Assembly (NCBI GenBank): GCA_963801315.1
Contig: CAWDEI010000002.1
Location: forward strand, 405,887-469,886
DNA length: 64,000 nt
Reading direction: 5' to 3'
DNA from: an uncultured Acidimicrobiales bacterium
GTDB lineage: Bacteria > Actinomycetota > Acidimicrobiia > Acidimicrobiales > CAVXTF01
In this document: piece after piece, positions 57,128 to 64,000 of the stretch
How positions within the stretch are numbered: position 1 is the first letter of the stretch
Layout: each line of letters opens with the position of its first letter
The notes under the pieces: model-generated
Told to the model about the DNA's origin: nothing
Database searches by the model: none
What the model saw: only the letters and a program-made list of their open reading frames with translations
Translations under genes and position numbers: made by a program

Positions 57128-57394
57128 ATGGGTACCGGTGAGAGCGCCGCCGATTGCAACGAAACGGTGGAGCGTCTCTACCAGTACCTCGACGGCGAGC
57201 TGACCGACCTGCGGCGAGAGCAGATCCAGAGGCATCTCGACGCCTGCTCTCCCTGCTTCCAGGCCGTCGGCTTCGAACGCGAGCTGAGGATCGTGATCGC
57301 CAGCCGCTGCACCGAACGCGTGCCGGCCGAGCTGATCGAGCGCATCCGGTCGGCGCTCCAACAAGAGGAGCTTCAAGAAGAGGATCAGAAGTAG
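57128..57394 (+). CDS. rshA: Zinc-binding (ZAS) anti-sigma factor, RshA/RsrA type
   Basis: CNETVERLYQYLDGEL...IQRHLDACSPCFQAVGFE (HxxxCxxC). GGAGGAG lies upstream of ATG 57128. Confidence 0.85.
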   Translation: MGTGESAADCNETVERLYQYLDGELTDLRREQIQRHLDACSPCFQAVGFERELRIVIASRCTERVPAELIERIRSALQQEELQEEDQK

Positions 57395-57445
57395 GGAAAC
57401 CGCCTCGATGGCGGGTCCGAGGCTGCATCTCTCTATGCTGGTTCC

Positions 57446-58603
57446 ATGAGCAGCCCTGTTTCCTGGGACGTGGCGGAGCGCGTCGGCGTGTGGGTGAGTT
57501 CCGGCCGGCTCAAGGCGATCTCGGGCCAACAGATGCTGGTGCTCGACTCCGAGACCGAGGCAGCGGTCGAAGCGGATTTCGCTCGCTTCACCGCTCAAGC
57601 CGAAGAGCTCGTCGTGCGGGCGACCGGCCTCGAACCGCGCTCAGGCCCTCCCCGCGGAGTGGTCGTAGACCGGGCCGACTGGGTCCGTGCCAACATCCGG
57701 TCTTTCCGGAGGCTTCTGGCTCCGCTCATCGACAAGATCGAGCAGACCCAGCTCCCCCGTCCGCTGTCATCGGTTTCCGGCGCCGTGACAGGCACGCAGC
57801 TCGGGCTCGTCATCGGGTGGATGTCGACTCGGGTTCTCGGTCAGTACGACATCCTCTTCGCCGAGGACCCGGTTTCGAACGCTCCGTTGCCGGCGGGTTC
57901 GCAGGCCAGCGGCGACGAACCTGAAAATGCCTTGTCGGGCGGTGACATCGTCTCGTACGTCGGTCCGAACATCGTCGGGCTAGAACGCAGGCACGGCTTT
58001 CCCCCCGACCAGTTCCGCCTTTGGATCGCGCTCCACGAGGTCACCCATCGTTGTCAGTTCACGGGTGTGCCCTGGTTGCACGACTACTTTCTTTCGCTCG
58101 TAGAAGAGGGCCTCGCGGGCATGACCCCGGACCCCGGCCGCTTCTCCGAGTCCCTCCACCGGGCGATCGACGAGATCAGGGCCGGGCGCAATCCGCTCGA
58201 GCAGTCAGGGCTCATCGGGCTCGTGGCTGGCCCCGAGCAGCTGGCGACGATCGGCAAGATCCAGGCGCTCATGAGTCTGTTGGAAGGTCACGGCGACATC
58301 ACCATGAACCGGGCGGGGGCGGAGCTCGTCCCCGAGGCCGACAGATTCGCGGGCGTTCTGCGCGATCGGCGGAAGCGGGCAGGACCAGCCGCCCGGATCA
58401 TGCAACAGCTGATCGGCATGGACGCCAAGTTGCGACAGTACGAGCAGGGGGAGCAGTTCATCGAGGCCGTGGAGAAGGTCGGGGGTCCTGAGCTGCTCGC
58501 GTGGGTCTGGGAAGCCCCGGACCGCCTCCCGTCGCTCGAAGAGATCAGGGACCCGTCTTCCTGGGTCGCCAGGATGAACAACTTTCAGCTCGTCGCGGGG
58601 TGA
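57446..58603 (+). CDS. Zinc-dependent metalloprotease (DUF2342 family)
   Basis: RLWIALHEVTHRCQFTGVPWL (HExxH) within a 385 aa protein of the actinobacterial DUF2342 type. Confidence 0.8.
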   Translation: MSSPVSWDVAERVGVWVSSGRLKAISGQQMLVLDSETEAAVEADFARFTAQAEELVVRATGLEPRSGPPRGVVVDRADWVRANIRSFRRLLAPLIDKIEQTQLPRPLSSVSGAVTGTQLGLVIGWMSTRVLGQYDILFAEDPVSNAPLPAGSQASGDEPENALSGGDIVSYVGPNIVGLERRHGFPPDQFRLWIALHEVTHRCQFTGVPWLHDYFLSLVEEGLAGMTPDPGRFSESLHRAIDEIRAGRNPLEQSGLIGLVAGPEQLATIGKIQALMSLLEGHGDITMNRAGAELVPEADRFAGVLRDRRKRAGPAARIMQQLIGMDAKLRQYEQGEQFIEAVEKVGGPELLAWVWEAPDRLPSLEEIRDPSSWVARMNNFQLVAG

Positions 58604-59475
58604 GTCCCGAGGAGGGGGTTCGGTCGCTTCTCGCCCGCTGCACCTTCCCGCAGGCAGGAGACCCGCTTACGTGCGCCGTCTCCGGCGGAGCCGACTCGCT
58701 GGCGCTTCTCGTGCTCGCGACCTCTGCCGGATGCGACGTGACGGCCGTCCACGTCGACCACGGGCTGCGCTCCGGGTCCGGCGAGGAGGCGGTCAGGGTG
58801 AAGGAGGCGGCACGACGCCTCGGGGCGAGCTTCCGCTCGGTGAGAGCCGACGTACGTCCCGGGCCCAACCTGGAGGCGCGTGCGCGCGATGCCCGCAGGG
58901 GGGTCCTTCCCACGGGCGCAGCCACCGGTCACACGATGGACGACCAGGCCGAGACAGTGCTCCTGCGGTTGCTGAGGGGTACGGGCCCCGACGGCCTCGG
59001 CTCGATGAGACCCGGGCATGAGCACCCGCTCCTCTCGGTGCGTCGCCGCGAGGCGCTCGAAGTGACGCTCGGAGCCGGTCTCGATCCCCTCTGCGACCCG
59101 ACGAATAGCGACCCGTCGATCCTCAGGAACAGGGTCCGACACGAGCTCCTGCCGCTTTGCTCCGAGCTCGCCGGGCGCGACGTGACCCCGCTTCTCGCCC
59201 GGTTGGCGCTTCTCGCCGGGGAGGACGCCGACTGGTTCACGGCGCAGGCAGACGACCTCGATCCGACCGACGCCGCGCAGATCGCAGGCGCACCTGCGCC
59301 GGTGGCGAGAAGGGCGGTGAGGAGCTGGCTCCGGGGAGACGGTCCTTACCCGCCCGACCTTGCCGCAGTGGAGAGGGTTCTCGCCGTCGCCCGCGGCGAG
59401 ACGCTCGGGACCGAGGTCGCCCCGAGCACCCGGGTGCGCAGGACAGCGGGACGCCTGCGAGCGGAGCCAAGTTGA
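58600..59475 (+). CDS. tilS: tRNA(Ile)-lysidine synthase
   Basis: LTCAVSGGADSLALLVL (PP-loop SGGxDS)...TAVHVDHGLR...GHTMDDQAETVLLRLLRG. The GTG overlaps the previous stop (GTGA). Confidence 0.88.
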   Translation: MSPEEGVRSLLARCTFPQAGDPLTCAVSGGADSLALLVLATSAGCDVTAVHVDHGLRSGSGEEAVRVKEAARRLGASFRSVRADVRPGPNLEARARDARRGVLPTGAATGHTMDDQAETVLLRLLRGTGPDGLGSMRPGHEHPLLSVRRREALEVTLGAGLDPLCDPTNSDPSILRNRVRHELLPLCSELAGRDVTPLLARLALLAGEDADWFTAQADDLDPTDAAQIAGAPAPVARRAVRSWLRGDGPYPPDLAAVERVLAVARGETLGTEVAPSTRVRRTAGRLRAEPS

Positions 59476-60032
59476 GCACCGGCAGGTGGAGGGACGATCC
59501 CCTCATCGGACCAGTCGTCGTGAGCGAGGCCGCTCTGCGACACAGGGTCGCCGAGCTCGGAACGGAGATCGCGGCCGACTACGCCGACCGGCCACCGCTT
59601 CTCGTCGGCGTCCTGAAGGGGGCGTTCGTGTTCATGAGCGACCTCGCACGCCAGGTCAGGCTCCCCGTGGAGGTCGACGTCATGGCCGTCGCCTCCTACG
59701 GCACCGGCACCTCGACGAGCGGTGTCGTGAGGATTGTTAAGGATCTGGACACGGACCTCACGGGCCGCCATGTGCTCATCGTCGAGGACATCGTCGACAG
59801 CGGGCTCACCCTGTCGTACCTGAGGAGGAACCTGCTCGCTCGCCAGCCGGCCAGCCTCGAGGTGTGCGCCCTGCTCGTGAAGGAGGGGCGTCAGAGAACC
59901 GATCTCGAGATCCGCTACGTCGGCTTTCGCATCCCTCCCGATTTCGTGGTCGGCTACGGGCTCGACGTCGCCGAGCGGTTCAGGAACCTGCGCGACATAC
60001 ACGTCTACACCGGCGAGGTGACCGATGCCTGA
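59472..60032 (+). CDS. hpt: Hypoxanthine phosphoribosyltransferase
   Basis: LLVGVLKGAFVFMSDLAR...VLIVEDIVDSGLTLSYL (PRPP motif)...PDFVVGYGLDVAERFRNL. TTG 59472 overlaps the tilS stop. Confidence 0.9.
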   Translation: MSTGRWRDDPLIGPVVVSEAALRHRVAELGTEIAADYADRPPLLVGVLKGAFVFMSDLARQVRLPVEVDVMAVASYGTGTSTSGVVRIVKDLDTDLTGRHVLIVEDIVDSGLTLSYLRRNLLARQPASLEVCALLVKEGRQRTDLEIRYVGFRIPPDFVVGYGLDVAERFRNLRDIHVYTGEVTDA

Positions 60033-60041
60033 GGCTGGCCG

Positions 60042-60611
60042 ATGAGCCTCGATCCCGAGCGCATAGAAAGAGCCGTGAAAGAGCTGTTGATCGCCATCGG
60101 AGAGGATCCCGATCGCGAGGGACTCCGGGCTACGCCGAGTCGGGTGGCGGCAATGTACGAGGAGCTCTTCGCGGGGCTCGACGAGGATCCGAGCAAGCAC
60201 CTGACCCTCACCTTCGCCGCGGATCACGACGAGATGGTGATGGTGCGCGACATCCCCTTCGCCTCGTTGTGCGAGCACCACCTGGTGCCGTTCATGGGCA
60301 AGGCCCACGTCGCTTACATCCCGGGTGACGACGGCAGGATCACCGGCCTGTCGAAGCTGGCCAGGCTGGTCGACGCCTTCGCCAAGCGCCTGCAGGTCCA
60401 AGAGAGGATGACCTCCCAGATCGCCGACACCCTGATGGAGACCCTCGCTCCTCGAGGGGCGCTCGTGGTGGTCGAGGCCGAGCATCTGTGCATGTCGATG
60501 CGAGGGGTGAGGAAGCCGGGAACCCTGACGGTGACGTCGGCGCTTCGCGGCATCTTCAAGGACGACCCCAGGACCCGCGCAGAAGCGATGGCGTTCGTCC
60601 ACGGACGCTGA
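60042..60611 (+). CDS. folE: GTP cyclohydrolase I
   Basis: [19 protein letters not shown]...[24 protein letters not shown]...[23 protein letters not shown]...[13 protein letters not shown]. Confidence 0.95.
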   Translation: MSLDPERIERAVKELLIAIGEDPDREGLRATPSRVAAMYEELFAGLDEDPSKHLTLTFAADHDEMVMVRDIPFASLCEHHLVPFMGKAHVAYIPGDDGRITGLSKLARLVDAFAKRLQVQERMTSQIADTLMETLAPRGALVVVEAEHLCMSMRGVRKPGTLTVTSALRGIFKDDPRTRAEAMAFVHGR

Positions 60612-60614
60612 GCT

Positions 60615-60645
60615 AATTGGCGTTCGCCGTAAATTGACGTTCGCC
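60615..60645 (+). repeat. Direct repeat AATTGRCGTTCGCC x2 (17-nt phasing) in the folE-folP gap
   Basis: aattggcgttcgcc (60615-60628) and aattgacgttcgcc (60632-60645). A hairpin ACTGGCC-ccgccc-GGCCAGT follows at 60675-60694. Confidence 0.6.
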
Positions 60646-60720
60646 CCACACCGAGGCTGAGCGAAATAACGGGCACTGGCCCCGCCCGGCCAGTTGCGGA
60701 GGGCTCTACTGTAGGGAGAT

Positions 60721-61545
60721 ATGCGTCCTCTCGTCATGGGTGTGCTCAACGTCACACCCGATTCGTTCTCTGACGGAGGGCGGTTCATGGACCACGACCG
60801 TGCCATCGAGCATGGGCTCGAGCTCGTGGCAGCCGGCGCCGACGTGGTCGACGTCGGCGGAGAGTCGAGCCGCCCGGGCGCCGAGCCGGTGAGCGAGGCA
60901 GAGGAGCGGAGACGGGTGCTTCCCGTCGTCGGGGCGCTCGCCGGCGCGGTACGCGTCTCTGTCGACACCACCAAGAGGTCCGTCGCCCTGGCAGCGATCG
61001 ATGCCGGCGCAACCTTGGTGAACGACGTCTCTGCGAGCCTCTGGGAGGTGGCGGCGTCCACCGGCGTGGGCTGGGTCGCGATGCACATGCAGGGAAGCCC
61101 GAGGACCATGCAGGTGGCGCCCCGTTACGACGACGTCGCCTTCGAGGTCCACGGGTTCCTCCTCGACCGCGCCTCCACGGCTGTCGCCGCCGGGGTGACC
61201 GAGGTGTGGGTCGACCCAGGGATCGGCTTCGGCAAGACCATCGAGCACAACGTCGCTCTCCTGCATCACCTTCCCGAGCTGGCCGTTTGCGGCTTCCCGG
61301 TTCTCGTGGGCACGAGCCGCAAGGGATTCCTCGGCACCGTCGCACCCGAGGCCGACGGTTCGGTGACGCCTACCGAAGAGCGACTCGACGCGTCTCTTGC
61401 GACCGCGACATGGGCGATGCTCGCCGGCGCCTCGATGGTGAGGGTCCACGACGTCGGCCCTACTGTGCAGGCCGCCACTCTCGTCGGGCCGGCCCGTGTA
61501 GGGCGCCCGCAGGGGATCGAGATCAACGCTGGAGAGGACCAATGA
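60721..61545 (+). CDS. folP: Dihydropteroate synthase
   Basis: VMGVLNVTPDSFSDGG...GADVVDVGGESSRPGA...SVDTTK...LVNDVS...DPGIGFGKT...LVGTSRKGFLG. Confidence 0.93.
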   Translation: MRPLVMGVLNVTPDSFSDGGRFMDHDRAIEHGLELVAAGADVVDVGGESSRPGAEPVSEAEERRRVLPVVGALAGAVRVSVDTTKRSVALAAIDAGATLVNDVSASLWEVAASTGVGWVAMHMQGSPRTMQVAPRYDDVAFEVHGFLLDRASTAVAAGVTEVWVDPGIGFGKTIEHNVALLHHLPELAVCGFPVLVGTSRKGFLGTVAPEADGSVTPTEERLDASLATATWAMLAGASMVRVHDVGPTVQAATLVGPARVGRPQGIEINAGEDQ

Positions 61546-62066
61546 GAGGAAAGTGGGCCGCAGGGATCCCCCCGCGCAACTTCACTTGGGTGATCCAGGA
61601 CCAGCTCGCCATGAGCGAGCGGCCGGGCGGGTTCGCACCCCACCACCGGCGTGTCCGCCGTCAGGAGGAGATCATCTGGCTTCGGGTCCAGGGCTTCACC
61701 CGCATCGTGTCGATGCTCCCCTCCCCGCACAACCTCGACGCCTACGAGAAGGGTGACATCGCCTCGGCGCACTTCCCGGTGCCGCCGTCGGGCGACGCCC
61801 GCGAGACGTTGTCGGAGCTGTTCTCGCAGCTCGAGGAGTGGCTCGGCAAGGGCGAACGGATACTCATCCACCAAGAGGAGCTCGGCGACAGCGTGGTAGG
61901 CGTGGTGGCTGGATTCCTGCAGTGGTCGGGGCGCCTGCCTGCAGGACCTCAGGCCGTGGCCGTGGTCGAGCGCCTGTCGGGTCGGCAGCTCGGCCCGCTC
62001 GGCCGCGAGCTCGCCTCACAGGCGGCGGATCTGAGGAGCTCCCAACCCTCGCCCCGCAACGACTGA
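61542..62066 (+). CDS. Dual-specificity/PTP-like fold protein lacking the catalytic Cys and Arg (inferred)
   Basis: 175 aa. Its layout resembles DSP-type phosphatases (FTWVIQDQLAMSERPGG...GFTRIVSML...HFPVPPSGDA...GERILIHQEELGDSVVGVVAGFL), but HQEELGDS (61869-61892) replaces HCxxGxxR(S/T). The ATG overlaps the folP stop (ATGA). The family call is pattern-based only. Confidence 0.45.
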   Translation: MRGKWAAGIPPRNFTWVIQDQLAMSERPGGFAPHHRRVRRQEEIIWLRVQGFTRIVSMLPSPHNLDAYEKGDIASAHFPVPPSGDARETLSELFSQLEEWLGKGERILIHQEELGDSVVGVVAGFLQWSGRLPAGPQAVAVVERLSGRQLGPLGRELASQAADLRSSQPSPRND

Positions 62067-62085
62067 GCGACCGCCCGGTGGAGCA

Positions 62086-62622
62086 GTGACCTCCGATGTG
62101 ATCGAGCTGCGGGGTCTCAGGCTTCTCGGAAACCATGGCGTCGGCGAGCTGGAACGGCAGTCCGCCCAGCCGTTCGAGCTGGATCTCGACGTCGTCGTCG
62201 ACACCTCGCGCGCTGCGTCGAGCGACGACGTGGCAGACACCGTCGACTACCAGAGGTTGGTCGAAGCGGCGTCGGAGGTGGTCACGGGCGCTTCGTTCCG
62301 CCTGCTCGAGACGCTCGCCTCCGCCATAGCCGACGCCCTGCTCTCGGACGGCCGCATCGAGCAGGTGACCGTGTCGGTCCGCAAGCTGAGGCCCCCCGTC
62401 GCATTCGACATTCGCTCTGCCGGTGTCTGCATCACCCGCACGAGCGACAGGACCACCCCGCGAGCGACATGGCACGGGCCTTCATCGGTATCGGGTCGAA
62501 CCTGGGCGACAGGCTGGCGTTCATCAGACGTGCCGTGGCCGGTCTCCCCGGCGTCGCCGCCGTGTCGCCTGTCTACGAGACCGAGCCGGTCGGCGGTCCG
62601 CCGGGCCAGGGTCCGTACCTGA
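62086..62622 (+). CDS. folB: Dihydroneopterin aldolase (core about 125 aa) with an unusual 3' extension
   Basis: VIELRGLRLLGNHGVGELERQSAQPFELDLDV...DTVDYQRLVEAASEVV...FRLLETLASAIADALL. The ORF has no stop until 62622, so it overlaps folK by 154 nt. Confidence 0.85.
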   Translation: MTSDVIELRGLRLLGNHGVGELERQSAQPFELDLDVVVDTSRAASSDDVADTVDYQRLVEAASEVVTGASFRLLETLASAIADALLSDGRIEQVTVSVRKLRPPVAFDIRSAGVCITRTSDRTTPRATWHGPSSVSGRTWATGWRSSDVPWPVSPASPPCRLSTRPSRSAVRRARVRT

Positions 62623-62924
62623 ACGTCGTGGTCGAGCTTCGAACGGTCATGTCGCCGCGGCAGCTCCTGGAGCTCGGCGCTCGGCTCGAGGCCGAAGCGG
62701 ACCGAAAGCGCGAGGTCCCGGACGGCCCGCGGACGCTCGACGTCGACATCCTGCTCGTCGGCGATCTGACCGTGGACGAGGCCGACCTACAGGTCCCGCA
62801 CCCGCGCATGTGGGAGAGGCGGTTCGTCCTCGCCCCGCTTGCCGACCTTGCTCCAGAGCTCGTCGGGGCCGAGCGCCTCGAAGCGGCTGGAGGAAGCGTC
62901 CGCCGCCTAATAGACTCTGTGTGA
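62469..62924 (+). CDS. folK: 2-amino-4-hydroxy-6-hydroxymethyldihydropteridine diphosphokinase
   Basis: AFIGIGSNLGDRLAFIRRAV...VSPVYETEPVGGPPGQGPYLNVVVEL...GPRTLDVDILLVGD...LQVPHPRMWERRFVLAPLADL. Confidence 0.92.
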   Translation: MARAFIGIGSNLGDRLAFIRRAVAGLPGVAAVSPVYETEPVGGPPGQGPYLNVVVELRTVMSPRQLLELGARLEAEADRKREVPDGPRTLDVDILLVGDLTVDEADLQVPHPRMWERRFVLAPLADLAPELVGAERLEAAGGSVRRLIDSV

Positions 62925-63037
62925 GCTCGATGCCGAGCGCCTGAGTGGGTTCGGCACCAGAGTCATGAGCGCCTGAGAGATCTGTCTCCTGAGCGACCGG
63001 CACCCTTGAGGGCTGGATCGCAGAAAGGGGTTGGTAG

Positions 63038-63838
63038 GTGGCCACTGTTCGCCTGATCGGTCCTGGACGGGCCGGCATGTCCGTTGCGAGCGCACTCGCC
63101 GCGGCGGGCCACGACATAGCCGGCTTCGTCTCTTCGAAAGACGACCCCTCCGACGCGGCGAGCGGGGTCGACGTCCTGATCCTCGCGGTCCCTGACCGCC
63201 GCATCGCGGAGGTGGCCCGTAGGGTCCGCCCGGTCGACTCGACGGCGGTGGTTCATCTTTCGGGCTCGCAAGGCCTCGAGGTGCTCGCTCCACACGTGAG
63301 GCGCGCCTCGCTCCACCCGCTCGTCCCGATGCCCACACCCGAGGTCGGGGCTGCGCGGCTTGCTGCCGGCGCCACTTTCGCCGTCGCCGGGGACCCGATC
63401 GCGACCGAGCTCGCTGTCAGCCTCGGCGGCCGCACGGTCACAGTGCGCGACGAGAACCGGGCCGCCTACCACGCCGCGGCCGCCATCGCCGCGAACCATG
63501 TGGTGGCCCTGATGGGACAGGTCGCCAGGGTCGCCGAGACAATCGGGCTCGACCTCGACGTCTTCCTCGGGTTGTCGAGGGCTGCTCTCGCCGACGTCGA
63601 GAGGCTCGGTCCCGAGGCCTCGCTCACCGGTCCGGCGGCACGGGGGGACACAGCGACGCTGGCCCGCCACCGCGCGGCTCTCGCCCCCGAGGAGAGGGCC
63701 GGCTATGACGCGGGCGTCGCTCTGGCGCGCCGCCTGGCCGACGGGCCGCAATCGGCGACGGCCTCGTCCGCCACGGCCACGTTCGGAGAGACCCCCGACC
63801 GCCAGGTAGACGACGTGGTCCCCGTCGAGGTGGCGTGA
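63038..63838 (+). CDS. Rossmann-like plus DUF2520 domain protein
   Basis: [24 protein letters not shown]...[17 protein letters not shown]...LTGPAARGD. It occupies the usual position just upstream of panC. Confidence 0.8.
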   Translation: MATVRLIGPGRAGMSVASALAAAGHDIAGFVSSKDDPSDAASGVDVLILAVPDRRIAEVARRVRPVDSTAVVHLSGSQGLEVLAPHVRRASLHPLVPMPTPEVGAARLAAGATFAVAGDPIATELAVSLGGRTVTVRDENRAAYHAAAAIAANHVVALMGQVARVAETIGLDLDVFLGLSRAALADVERLGPEASLTGPAARGDTATLARHRAALAPEERAGYDAGVALARRLADGPQSATASSATATFGETPDRQVDDVVPVEVA

Positions 63839-63839
63839 C

Positions 63840-64000
63840 GTGAGCAACTCGCGCGCTCTGCGGGTGGTGCTGACGGGCCCCGAGCTCTCAGTCGCGTTGG
63901 ACGATGCACGTGCGGCGGGCGCATCTGTCGGTCTCGTCCCGACCATGGGCGCCCTTCACGCGGGGCACCGCTCCCTCGTCGAGCGGGCGACCGCCGAGTG
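63840..64000 (+). CDS. panC: Pantoate--beta-alanine ligase, 5' part only (runs off the window)
   Basis: My own translation from GTG 63840 gives [53 protein letters not shown] (the PTMGxLHxGH motif). Confidence 0.85.
   Translation, partial: MSNSRALRVVLTGPELSVALDDARAAGASVGLVPTMGALHAGHRSLVERATAE

Noticed and set aside
59346-61109. 587-aa ORF on the minus strand
   Set aside because: It is antisense to hpt, folE and folP, all strongly recognisable on the + strand. It has no motifs and a biased composition.

Overview
GC-rich (roughly two-thirds G+C by eye, not computed) actinobacterial-type chromosomal segment with about 70 protein genes, one tRNA, no rRNA and no CRISPR. The backbone is housekeeping synteny. 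It includes glnE/nadE, a group 1/2 sigma factor, a trkA pair with an APC permease, hppA, topA-tmk-holB-tRNA-Thr, sigH-rshA, and tilS-hpt-folE-folP-X-folB-folK-DUF2520-panC. Accessory content comprises three ECF-type sigma modules near the left end. It also includes a circularly permuted ATP-grasp / alpha-E / transglutaminase operon next to a large Gly-rich beta-helix exoprotein. A third accessory region (48.4-51.3 kb) holds a partner-switching module plus tiny membrane stress genes. The most structured anomaly is at tRNA-Thr (42.5-48.2 kb). The 3' half of the tRNA recurs twice downstream, once perfect and once degenerate, each preceded by a homologous flank of roughly 110-120 nt. These repeats delimit two tandem integrase-less islets that carry an IS5-family element, an orphan P-loop NTPase-wHTH gene and an S53 peptidase. 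A second pervasive signal is that at least seven conserved genes, including tmk and glnE, are each broken by +/-1 frameshifts (eight shifts in all) with no in-frame stops. This most likely reflects assembly indels, so the apparent gene fusions in this window should be read cautiously. No compact, clearly novel multi-gene system (for example a defence system) could be supported. The best leads are a Cys-less phosphatase-like gene translationally coupled inside the folate operon, the GTTA-N15-GGGTAT promoter set, and the tRNA-anchored islets.
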